From Leptospirales bacterium (lineage in GTDB: Bacteria; Spirochaetota; Leptospiria; Leptospirales; Leptonemataceae), in the NCBI GenBank assembly GCA_019694655.1, contig JAIBBN010000004.1, positions 146,348 through 210,347 of the forward strand: 64,000 nt of DNA, in the 5' to 3' direction. The notes beneath the pieces are model-generated. The model did no database searches, had not been told where the DNA came from, and saw nothing but the letters and a program-made list of their open reading frames with translations. Below, piece after piece: positions 16,406 through 25,214 of this stretch. Positions within the stretch are counted from its first letter, which is position 1; every line of letters begins with the position of its first letter. A program made the translations under genes and the position numbers.

Positions 16406-19400
16406 TCAATCTTCGCTGATCTTTATTCCAAGGATGCGTTGACTGGTGCGCCCCTGGTATTGCGTGCGCGAATAGAGAAACTTGAGTATCGAAAATTTGC
16501 GAAAATCTGTGGCCGATTCTTCCTCGTAGTTCCACAGAATCCCCCATAGAGATCCGCGACTGCGATAGCCGTTCTCTGGATCCTGAATTTGCAGGTAGGC
16601 GGCGCCGAGCAAGAGATGCGTTGTGGATTGAGCAATGCGATCATCATAGCCGCGATAATAGAGTGCGCCGAGGCCCAGAGCAGTCCAGCCTTCATCGCGG
16701 CTGTAGCTCCCGCCGCTCAAGGCCGGCAACAGAAACCAATCAAGCGAATCGCCGTCGCGATCATAGTGCCAGAAGGGCGCGAAGCTGCTCATTCGTCGTT
16801 GTTGCGAGAAGATCTCGCGCCACCATAGCAGATTCATTTGTGTTCGATCCATGTCACTCTGGTATCCGGCCAGCAAGCCGTAGCCCAGGCGAAAATCAGA
16901 GCTTCGATCATCGCCCTCGTAGGAAACAAAGTGGAATGCCAGGCTCCATTCCAGCGAGTTCGCCCGAGCCTCGCGATCAAAAAGGTACAGGAAATTCTGG
17001 CGCGAATAGCCCGGCTCGTTGCGCAAGTAGAGCCCCGCAAGGAAGGCGGTGAAGCGATCCTGTTCGCGCCAGGTCCAGAACAGCGGCATCAAATGCAGCG
17101 ATGTCTCCCTGCTAACATCATTCCAGCCATAGTATACCGGGATAACATAGGCCCAGCCGTCTTCGCCGCTGCGGCCGCCAAAGAGCGGGAAGAGCAAAAA
17201 GCGACGATAGTCCGAAGGGTCGCCGTCGACAGACGACTCATAGTCGGCCAGCAGCAGCGCGTTCCAGCTAACGCTCTTCGGCCGCGAATCCAGATAGAAG
17301 CCGGGCACAAGCAAGGTCCAGTCTTCCGACTGCTGCCCGCTGGCATCAAGCGTGGTCTCGCGATTGGAGTAGTAGAGCCAGGAAATCGTCTGGCGACTGC
17401 TCTGTGTTGGCGTCTCCCGCCCGGACGTGTAGAAGAGCGGGGTCAGAAGCGAGCTCTCGTAGAGTTCGCTTTCACGGCGGCTGTTCCAGGAATACAACGG
17501 AAATAGGCTGTGTTGACCTTTGTCGTCGCCGCCCTCGAAATAGAACGGGCCTAGCCACAGATAGGCGTCCTTTCCGCGGCGCCAGCTGAACAGCGGCAAC
17601 AGCGCAAAGCGCGATCCATCCGGATCGCTTTCGTAGTCCGCAATGATCAAACCGTTCCAGTGGAAGCGACCTCCGTCCCAGGAACAGTAAAGTCCGGGCA
17701 CAAGCAGCCAGGCATCTTCTCCCTGGTCTCTGCTTGCCGTGGCGTCGTCCAGCGATCGGTACTGGTAGGAGTAAAAGAAGAGAGGCAGCAAGAGGCTCCA
17801 GCCGCCATCGCGCGCTGATTGGCGAAAATACAACGGCGAAAGAAATAAGCTGGAGGCGGAGTCCTGTTCCCTGTCTTCCCTGTAATAATAGAACGGGAGA
17901 AAGCGCGATCCGCTGGCCTGCGGCGAATGATGCCAGTTGATCAGCGGCCACAAAATGGTGCCTTCGCTGCGCTGCTCATCGGCATCATACTCGTTCCAGT
18001 AAAGAGCTACGAGATAGGCCTCGGCGTAGGAATCGCCGCTGCGTTGCCGACCGTAGATGGGCAGAAAAAGCGGCGTCAAAGCAAAGTACTCGAGGTCCTT
18101 TTCCCTGTAAGAAAAGTAGGCGCCAAAGACGAAGGAGACCTGATCCTCGTTCGCTTCGCTCCAGCGAAACCACCACAGCGGCGCTGCGCGAAAGCTACGC
18201 TCGTCGTCGGCTCGTTCGTAGGCGATGAGACCGAAGAGCGCGGTGAGACCGAAGAAGTTGCGCGACTCCTCGCGGGAGAAGCCGGGATCGTCGGAGAGTT
18301 CGCCGCCTTCGTCTCCCTGACGACGGAAGGCAGAGCGGCGCGGCGGCGCATCCTCCGGCAACGTTTGAACAGTTTCAAAGTCCGGCGCCTCAAACTGTAC
18401 GCCCTCGATGGCGCTGCCGTCGGACGGGACGGCCGCCTGGCCATCGGCGGCGTTGGCGGCCGACTGCGATGCATTCGATGGCGCCGCCGGACGGAGAAAG
18501 CTGGTGCGCCAGGAGAGGCGAAACAGGTTGTAGAGCAGGCTGATATCCTGGTCGTAGCTGAACTCTTGCATGCCCGGCGGCGCAGCGGCCGCCTCCTGGA
18601 GACTGAGTTGTTGCGAGAAAGCAAGGCCGACGGCGTAGAGATTGACCAATTTGCTGCGGTCTTCGTAGCGCAAGCGCAGCGGAATCAAGAGATTCCCGGA
18701 ACTTTCCGGCGTTTGCCAGTCAAAGTAGAACGGAATAAAGCCGACGTAACTTTCGCCTTCCGCCGGGCGCTGCAGATCGTAGTAGTTTATGATCCAGACG
18801 GAACTCCGCGAGCCGTCGCGCGAGTAGTAGTGCAGGGGGCTGAAGGACAGTTGAGCGTCATCACTTGAGTCCGGCTGAAAATAGAACGGGAAAAAGTAAA
18901 GGTAGCTTCCTGGCGAGTAGTAAAAGAGCGGCAGCAACCAGAGGCGTTCAAGGTCGCCATCGCGATTGGTTTTCCAGTGGGCAAGCAATGCGGCGGTTGA
19001 GGTTCCTTCCTCCGAGTCAGCGCTTCGATACACCAGCGGCAAGAGCGGCGCGTGCCAGTGCGTATGGTATTGTAGCTGCGTGCCGTTTTGAATGATCGAG
19101 TCGGAATAATAGAACAGAGGATTGGCCTGCACAACGGCCTCGGAATTCCAGCCATGCTTCTGCCGGTGCGATTCGTGGGCGCCGTAGTGCAGCAGCATGA
19201 AGTAACTCAGTAACTTATCGTCCTCCCGCTCCCGTCTGTGCCAGTAGAGCAGGGGCGCCAGCCAGCTCAGCTCCGTTTCGCTGCGATCATAGTAGAATAG
19301 AGGAGCTACAATGCTGCGCTGCAATTGCACATCTCCGCGTTGCCGCGATCGGTAGTAGCCGAGCAGTGAAAGCATCGCAAAATCGTGCAGTTGCAGATCG

Positions 19401-20428
19401 GCGTTCTCCCGCGTGCGCCAGCCAAGCAAGGGTAAGAAGATCCACTGCGATCGGTGCTCGCTGATCGAGTGGTAAATAAGCGGCAGCAGCGCCTGGCTCG
19501 ATTGATGCGCCGCCGGATCGTCGCGCCAGTAGACCAGGCCGTACCAATTGGTTCGGCGCTGCTCGCCCTGGGCGTAGCGGTAAAACACTGGCGATGCCAG
19601 CGTGCTTTCATCGCTGGCATCCAGGCGATCGTAGTAGAACAGCCAGCTCAACAAGCTGAATTCCCCCGGTCGCCAGTCGCTCACAAACAGCGGAGTCAGC
19701 AGGAAGTTCCGTTCCGGAGTATCGCTTCCTTCGTGGTAGAAGAGCGGCGTGATCGTTGCACCGTAGCCATCCGCGTCGCGGGCGCTACGGTGCAGCAACG
19801 GGAATAGAGTAAAACTTCCGGAGGCGCCGTCGTGGCGCGAGCTTCGAAAAAGAATCGGCCAGAGCGCCCAGTAGCTGTCCTCAGCGCGCCGAACATGGTA
19901 GAAGAGCGGGAGTACATAGCTCCATGTTTCCGTCTGGTCTCTCCAGCGAAATCCAAGCGGAGTCATCAGGAAGGATTGCTCGGCGGCGCTTCTGTAATAG
20001 TAGAAGGGAAAGACAAAGTGCGATTGCCGATCATCGATCAGGCTGTGGCGCGCACCGTAAAAGGGCCAGAAGTAGAAGGAGCGAAATTCCGGATACCTGG
20101 TGTAACGCGTCTGGCCCCAGAAAACAGAGAGCGACCAGTGTTCGGGCCAGGACTCGGCCTGGACAATCAACATGTCCACGGCAATCTTCTCTTCCTTTTC
20201 GCTGCCCCGGTAGGTACGGGGCTCAAGATCATCCCAATCCCACAGCCTGGGCGCTGCCATCAGAGCGCTGGCTGGCAGACAGATCGTCAGCAGGCAGAAG
20301 AGCAGGCGCGCAAGTCCCGGCCCTGGCAAACGACGGCGGGAGCGCGCCCTAGCAGGCATGAACCTTTGGACGCCCAATCCAGCGCTCCGGTTCAGCCAGG
20401 TCTGCGCTGCCGACTCTTTGCGGGGCAT
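16406..20428 (-). CDS. very large secreted repeat protein (about 50 short 'hydrophobic-P-L-F-Y' repeats); family not recognised
   Basis: Long uninterrupted ORF. Signal-like 'RRRLPGPGLARLLFCLLTICLPASALMA'. Recurrent motifs include LPLFYH, TPLFYH, APLFYY, NPLFYY, LPLFYY, FPFYF, IPFYF, LPFYYY, LFPLYSW and LMPLFW. The start is uncertain (ATG at 20428 or 20359). Confidence 0.8.
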   Translation of the reverse strand: MPRKESAAQTWLNRSAGLGVQRFMPARARSRRRLPGPGLARLLFCLLTICLPASALMAAPRLWDWDDLEPRTYRGSEKEEKIAVDMLIVQAESWPEHWSLSVFWGQTRYTRYPEFRSFYFWPFYGARHSLIDDRQSHFVFPFYYYRSAAEQSFLMTPLGFRWRDQTETWSYVLPLFYHVRRAEDSYWALWPILFRSSRHDGASGSFTLFPLLHRSARDADGYGATITPLFYHEGSDTPERNFLLTPLFVSDWRPGEFSLLSWLFYYDRLDASDESTLASPVFYRYAQGEQRRTNWYGLVYWRDDPAAHQSSQALLPLIYHSISEHRSQWIFLPLLGWRTRENADLQLHDFAMLSLLGYYRSRQRGDVQLQRSIVAPLFYYDRSETELSWLAPLLYWHRREREDDKLLSYFMLLHYGAHESHRQKHGWNSEAVVQANPLFYYSDSIIQNGTQLQYHTHWHAPLLPLVYRSADSEEGTSTAALLAHWKTNRDGDLERLWLLPLFYYSPGSYLYFFPFYFQPDSSDDAQLSFSPLHYYSRDGSRSSVWIINYYDLQRPAEGESYVGFIPFYFDWQTPESSGNLLIPLRLRYEDRSKLVNLYAVGLAFSQQLSLQEAAAAPPGMQEFSYDQDISLLYNLFRLSWRTSFLRPAAPSNASQSAANAADGQAAVPSDGSAIEGVQFEAPDFETVQTLPEDAPPRRSAFRRQGDEGGELSDDPGFSREESRNFFGLTALFGLIAYERADDERSFRAAPLWWFRWSEANEDQVSFVFGAYFSYREKDLEYFALTPLFLPIYGRQRSGDSYAEAYLVALYWNEYDADEQRSEGTILWPLINWHHSPQASGSRFLPFYYYREDREQDSASSLFLSPLYFRQSARDGGWSLLLPLFFYSYQYRSLDDATASRDQGEDAWLLVPGLYCSWDGGRFHWNGLIIADYESDPDGSRFALLPLFSWRRGKDAYLWLGPFYFEGGDDKGQHSLFPLYSWNSRRESELYESSLLTPLFYTSGRETPTQSSRQTISWLYYSNRETTLDASGQQSEDWTLLVPGFYLDSRPKSVSWNALLLADYESSVDGDPSDYRRFLLFPLFGGRSGEDGWAYVIPVYYGWNDVSRETSLHLMPLFWTWREQDRFTAFLAGLYLRNEPGYSRQNFLYLFDREARANSLEWSLAFHFVSYEGDDRSSDFRLGYGLLAGYQSDMDRTQMNLLWWREIFSQQRRMSSFAPFWHYDRDGDSLDWFLLPALSGGSYSRDEGWTALGLGALYYRGYDDRIAQSTTHLLLGAAYLQIQDPENGYRSRGSLWGILWNYEEESATDFRKFSILKFLYSRTQYQGRTSQRILGIKISED

Positions 20429-20495
20429 CGCAGCATATTCGCCTTTTTTGCTTGTGCGGTGCATAAAGGGGGCTAAAGGGGTCACTGGACCGGGC

Positions 20496-21053
20496 ATGAA
20501 GCTCATCAAGCGATACGCAAACCGCAGGCTCTATGACTCGGAGACCAGCAAGACCATCACCCTGGATGACGTTGCCGACCTGATCAAGGCAGGCAATGAG
20601 GTGCGGGTAGTCGACAACATCAGCGGCGAGGACATTACTGCTCGGGTGCTGGGCCAGACATTTTTGAAGATCAGCACCGACCAGCAAAACCTTGAATTCA
20701 GCACCTTCCTTCTAACCGCATTGATCCGCGAGGTCTCCAGTAATGTTTCGCGGCTCTTCAGCCAGCTGGTGGAGGGGGGAATCGGGATCGGCCAGCTGAC
20801 ACTTGACCGCCTGGAGAAAATCGTTCAGGGCATGGTCGAACAGGGGGAGATCAATCTCTCGGAAAAGAACACCTACCTGGACCGCGTTTTGACCCAGATC
20901 AAGAATGCCAGCGAGCGCATGCTGCGCAGCGCGGCCGAAGGCCGCGATGTGCTGCGCTCCGAATTGCTCGATGTGCGCAACCGTCGGGTCGAAGAGCTTT
21001 CAGAAAAGCTGGACGAAATGGCCCGGATCATCAAAGAAATTCAAAGAAAATAG
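20496..21053 (+). CDS. phaR: polyhydroxyalkanoate synthesis repressor PhaR-like DNA-binding protein
   Basis: An internal ATG gives 'MKLIKRYANRRLYDSETSKTITLDDVADLIKAGNEVRVVD', the conserved PHB/PHA accumulation regulator N-terminal domain. Confidence 0.85.
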   Translation: MKLIKRYANRRLYDSETSKTITLDDVADLIKAGNEVRVVDNISGEDITARVLGQTFLKISTDQQNLEFSTFLLTALIREVSSNVSRLFSQLVEGGIGIGQLTLDRLEKIVQGMVEQGEINLSEKNTYLDRVLTQIKNASERMLRSAAEGRDVLRSELLDVRNRRVEELSEKLDEMARIIKEIQRK

Positions 21054-21148
21054 CAGCCGAAGCTTGATTCCGACCGATATTCTCTGCTTGCTCCTCAAGG
21101 GCGAGGGGGCCGCGGGCCGATCCGTGGTACCAAAGGAGCTTTGATCCT

Positions 21149-22249
21149 ATGACCCGCGCCCGCCTTTGCATTTATGTCGCCCTGGTTCTATGCCTCAGCG
21201 GCGCGGCCCCCGCTGCGCTCGTTGCCGGTTCCGACGATGACGCCCGCAATTACTGGCAGGCGCGCTACGACGAGGCGATGCGCAATCTGCAGACCGGCTC
21301 CGCCGAGGAGCGCGCACGCGCGGCTATGCTGCTTGGTGCGCACCGTCAATATGAGTTTGTGCGTCCGCTGGCCAACGAACTGCTGCGTGAACTGGATGAT
21401 CCGGCCAAGCGCAGCACTCCAATCAATGATCCATATGTAAAAACAGCCATGGCCTGGGCGCTGGGCGAAATCGCTCATCCAATCAGCGTCGGCCCTCTGG
21501 TCAAGGCCCTGGAAATCAGCCGCAAAATTGTTGGCGAACAGATCCAGCAGGCGACGGAACGCCAGACGCGCGAGCGCCAGCGCCTCGAACAACTGCATCA
21601 GGCCAATGCCAACGAATTCTTAGTCGGTACGGTGAATCTTTCTCCAGACCGGCCGGCGCCCTTTAATCAGCCTGGCTTCAGCTTTGGCTACAGCCCGGAT
21701 ATGATGTACAGCGTTTCGGACAGCTTCAAGTCGATGGATCCGGACGTTAACGATGAAGGCCATCGTCTTCGCTTGCAGAACTACAACTACCTCAACCTGA
21801 CGCGTCAGATCTTCCTGTCGCTTGGCAACATTGGATCGGAAGATTCGGTGCAGGCTCTTGCCGGATTCTTGAAGGATGAGATCCCCATGATACGCTACAT
21901 GGCGGCGGCGGCCCTTGGTCGTTCGCGCAGCCAGCGCGCTCTGGCCGAAATCAACGCACGTTTTAACGAAGAATCGGATCCCTATGTGAAAGTTGGTCTT
22001 TCCTATGGCGGCCTCACCATTGACAAGAGCCAGGCGCCGCTATTCATGAACCTGCTTGCCGCACTGAAAAGCGATGATACCTACGTGCGCTACCATGCAG
22101 CTGCGGCGCTGCGCGAATTGGGCCTGGGTGAGAGCGTCGAATCGCTGCGCGCCGCGCGTCTGATCGAATCGGAGCCTCAGATTCAGGGCATCCTGGACGA
22201 GGCCATAGTCAAGGCCGAGATTGATAACATCATCCCGGTAAATTATTGA
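21149..22249 (+). CDS. secreted HEAT-repeat protein
   Basis: Signal peptide MTRARLCIYVALVLCLSGAAPAAL. PBS-lyase/HEAT-like repeats: 'RARAAMLLGAHR', 'VKTAMAWALGEIAHPISVGPLVKAL', 'IRYMAAAALGRSRSQRAL', 'VRYHAAAALRELG'. An AAAGGAG Shine-Dalgarno sequence is present. Confidence 0.75.
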   Translation: MTRARLCIYVALVLCLSGAAPAALVAGSDDDARNYWQARYDEAMRNLQTGSAEERARAAMLLGAHRQYEFVRPLANELLRELDDPAKRSTPINDPYVKTAMAWALGEIAHPISVGPLVKALEISRKIVGEQIQQATERQTRERQRLEQLHQANANEFLVGTVNLSPDRPAPFNQPGFSFGYSPDMMYSVSDSFKSMDPDVNDEGHRLRLQNYNYLNLTRQIFLSLGNIGSEDSVQALAGFLKDEIPMIRYMAAAALGRSRSQRALAEINARFNEESDPYVKVGLSYGGLTIDKSQAPLFMNLLAALKSDDTYVRYHAAAALRELGLGESVESLRAARLIESEPQIQGILDEAIVKAEIDNIIPVNY

Positions 22250-22279
22250 TCCAGAGCTGCGGTCGCGGAGGCTGGCGGG

Positions 22280-23032
22280 ATGAGGCTCCTGCCTGCGCGC
22301 CAGCTTGCATCTTACACTGCGTCTCTTTTGATCGCTCTGGCCGGCTGCGGCAACCAGCCGCCGGATGAAGCTTCCAACCTGCATGCTGACGTCGTCAATG
22401 ATAAGGCCAGCTTGCGCATCGATCCTGTCACCAGCTCGTCGGAAATCGAATTTCTGAAGCGCGGCATTCGCGTACAGGTCCTCAATCGTACGCGCCAGAA
22501 GCAGGCCATAGGCGAGGCCAACGACTACTGGTATCGAATTCGTCTGGAAGACGGCGTGGAGGGATGGATCTACGGCGCCAACCTGAGTATCGGCGATTCG
22601 GCCGGCCGTGGCGCGGACAGCGGCATTGATGAGTTGTTGATTCGAGGTCTGGTTGGAAAATGGTGGGAGGTGCGCCGTGATGGTTCAACCGGTCTGCGCC
22701 GCCTCTATCTCTGGAATACAGGCGAGTACGCCTACGCCTACGGGCAGGGCGAGCAGATGCAGCGCGGCAAGTACAAAATCGATTCTCCAGAATTGCTGCT
22801 GCTCGATCCGCCATCCGGCGTTGGCGCTGAAATTTCGATTCGCAAATTGGGCAGCGAGCTGCGTTTGACCGGCCGCGCCGACGATCGCGAAATCTCCTTT
22901 CGCCGCGCCTTCATCGATCCGGATGCACCGGAACCAAACGAAGAGGCTGTCGGGGAAGATGGATTGCCGGTTGGTCCCGGTACGTCGACGGCGCCGGCTG
23001 CGGCCCCGCCGGCCGCTTCGACCACGCCCTGA
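22280..23032 (+). CDS. lipoprotein with bacterial SH3 domain
   Basis: Lipobox 'LLIALAGC-GN'. SH3b-like 'LRIDPVTSSSEIEFLKRGIRVQVL...DYWYRIRLEDGVEGWIYGANL'. Pro/Ala-rich tail. Confidence 0.7.
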   Translation: MRLLPARQLASYTASLLIALAGCGNQPPDEASNLHADVVNDKASLRIDPVTSSSEIEFLKRGIRVQVLNRTRQKQAIGEANDYWYRIRLEDGVEGWIYGANLSIGDSAGRGADSGIDELLIRGLVGKWWEVRRDGSTGLRRLYLWNTGEYAYAYGQGEQMQRGKYKIDSPELLLLDPPSGVGAEISIRKLGSELRLTGRADDREISFRRAFIDPDAPEPNEEAVGEDGLPVGPGTSTAPAAAPPAASTTP

Positions 23033-23036
23033 GCGA

Positions 23037-23735
23037 ATGAAGGACTGGCGGATCAACCGCTTCCTTGCTGCGGCGGGCCTCGGTTCGCGTCGCAGCGTCG
23101 AGCGCTTGGTGCGCGAAGGTCGCATACAAATCAATGATCGCGTTGTTTCCGGACTGGAGCAGCGTGTACAAACTGGCGATCGCGTATCGTGCAATGGCCA
23201 GGTTGTCGCCTGGCCGCAACAGAGTCGGTTGATCGCGTTGAACAAGCCGCCCGGTTATGTGGTTTCCAGACGGCCGCAGGGGGGCGATCGCAGCGTCTAT
23301 CTCTTGCTGCCCGAGAGCCTGCACTCTTTGGCCTACGGCGGCCGCCTGGACCGCGAGAGCCGCGGGCTGCTGCTCTTTTCCAATGATGGCGAACTGCTGC
23401 AGCGTAGCGCGCATCCATCGGGAGGCGTGGAAAAGCGTTATCTGGTGCGCGCCTCCCTGCCGCGCGGACTTTCGCCGGCCCAAATGCTGCGGCAGTTGCG
23501 CGATGGCGTCCGCGATCAAGGCGAGCTGCTGCAGGCCGCAAAGGTTGAGCTGTGCGAGGATGGCCGTTTTCGTCTGAGTCTGCATGGCGGTCGCAAGCGT
23601 CAGATCCGTCGCATGTTTGCAGCGGCGGGCGCGCCAGTTTTGGATCTCTACCGCTACGCGGTCGGCAATCTCTCGCTGGAAGAGCTTCGCCTTCCTGAAG
23701 GACGCTGGACTGACGCGGCAATCGATGCCATCTGA
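23037..23735 (+). CDS. pseudouridine synthase, RsuA/RluB/RluE family (S4 domain + catalytic domain)
   Basis: An internal ATG gives the S4 domain 'RINRFLAAAGLGSRRSVERLVREGRIQINDRVV'. Catalytic motif 'GRLDRESRGLLLFSNDGEL'. Confidence 0.85.
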   Translation: MKDWRINRFLAAAGLGSRRSVERLVREGRIQINDRVVSGLEQRVQTGDRVSCNGQVVAWPQQSRLIALNKPPGYVVSRRPQGGDRSVYLLLPESLHSLAYGGRLDRESRGLLLFSNDGELLQRSAHPSGGVEKRYLVRASLPRGLSPAQMLRQLRDGVRDQGELLQAAKVELCEDGRFRLSLHGGRKRQIRRMFAAAGAPVLDLYRYAVGNLSLEELRLPEGRWTDAAIDAI

Positions 23736-23773
23736 CTTGACGGGCGCCTTGCCGGAACGAGCCTGCACGCTAG

Positions 23774-25210
23774 ATGCTCTTTGTTACTGAAGAATTTCTA
23801 TTCTTCTTTCTGGCCGTTTTTGCGCTCTACTGGCTGCTGCCCGGGCGCTGGCGCTTTGGCCTCTTGCTTCTATCCAGTTTGTATTTTTATGCAACCTGGA
23901 GCCGTCCCTTTCTGGTTCACCTGCTGATCATCGTTTCGGTAAACTACGCCGTCATGGAGCTATGGCGAATCTATCGCCGCGCCTGGATTTTCTTTGCACT
24001 GCAGGCGGCCAATGTATTGAATCTGGCCTTCTTCAAATACTTCTACTTTCTTGCGGACATCCTGGCTCGACTGTTGTTCATCCCCGGCTGGCAGGCGGAG
24101 AGCCTGCGCGCCGCAATGCGCAGCAGCGGCGAAGAGATACTGCTGCCGCTGGCCATCAGCTTTTACACCTTTCAGGTGATGGCCTATGGCATCGATATCT
24201 ACCGCGGCGTCTATGAGCGCCGCCATAGCTTCTGGCAAGTCCTGCTTTTCAAGACCTACTTTCCGCAATTGATCGCCGGACCTATCATGCGCAGCAGCGA
24301 ATTGTTGCCGCAGCTTGAGAGCCTGGCGGAGGGTCAGGCGCCTCGCCCGGACGCGGCGATGGTACGCCGGGGGCTGGCGCTGATTTTTATCGGCCTCATA
24401 AAGAAAGTAGTCATTGCCGACCAGCTGCTGACACTTCTGGGGCCGGCGTTGAGCGGGGAACCGGGCCGACTGTCAGCGCCTGATGTCCTGCTGGTTTCTC
24501 TGAGTTCGCTGACGATGCTGTATGCCGATTTTTCCGCCTACTCCGATCTGGCTCGCGGCTTTGGCTACCTGATGGGCATTGAGATTCCAATCAATTTCAA
24601 GGCGCCCTTCCTGATGCGTTCCGTCTCCGATTTCTGGCGCCGCTGGCACCTGACTTTTTCGCGCTGGCTGCGCGATTATATCTATATCCCGCTGGGCGGG
24701 AGCCGCGTCAGCCAGGGGCGACTGTATCTGAACTTCTTTGTTACTTTCTTGCTCGGCGGTTTGTGGCACGGCGCCAGCTACAACTTTCTTGCCTGGGGCG
24801 CAGCGATGGGGGCGATGATTGCCCTGGAAAATGCCCTGGAGCGCGCTGGCATTGCCGAATGGCCATCGCGCTGGCCAGGCAAGATTCTACGCCTGGCAAC
24901 GACCTGGGCATTCATGCTGCTCAGCTCGTTGTTCTTTTTTGGAAAGCAGTTTGCCTGGTCGGCAGGCGCCATCGCCCAGGTGTTCCAACCGGCAGCCTGG
25001 ATCAAGGCCAGCGCTGTCGATGGCCTGGGGCAGGCCCTTGCATCGCTGGCGGCGGTGTTGTTCTTTCAGTGGATCGAAGAGAAGCCGGAGAGTTTCGCCT
25101 GGGTCGACCGCTACAGTCGCTGGCTGCTGCCTCTAGCGGCCCTGCTGGTAGTGTTGCTGTTGACGCAATTCGCCGGCGGTCCAAAAGATTTCTTTTATTT
25201 TCAGTTTTAA
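23774..25210 (+). CDS. MBOAT-family membrane O-acyltransferase (AlgI/DltB-like)
   Basis: 478 aa, polytopic. 'FYTFQVMAYGIDIYRG', 'FWRRWHLTFSRWLRDYIYIPLGG' and the conserved His in 'LGGLWHGASYNFLAWG' are present. Confidence 0.9.
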   Translation: MLFVTEEFLFFFLAVFALYWLLPGRWRFGLLLLSSLYFYATWSRPFLVHLLIIVSVNYAVMELWRIYRRAWIFFALQAANVLNLAFFKYFYFLADILARLLFIPGWQAESLRAAMRSSGEEILLPLAISFYTFQVMAYGIDIYRGVYERRHSFWQVLLFKTYFPQLIAGPIMRSSELLPQLESLAEGQAPRPDAAMVRRGLALIFIGLIKKVVIADQLLTLLGPALSGEPGRLSAPDVLLVSLSSLTMLYADFSAYSDLARGFGYLMGIEIPINFKAPFLMRSVSDFWRRWHLTFSRWLRDYIYIPLGGSRVSQGRLYLNFFVTFLLGGLWHGASYNFLAWGAAMGAMIALENALERAGIAEWPSRWPGKILRLATTWAFMLLSSLFFFGKQFAWSAGAIAQVFQPAAWIKASAVDGLGQALASLAAVLFFQWIEEKPESFAWVDRYSRWLLPLAALLVVLLLTQFAGGPKDFFYFQF

Positions 25211-25214
25211 AAAT

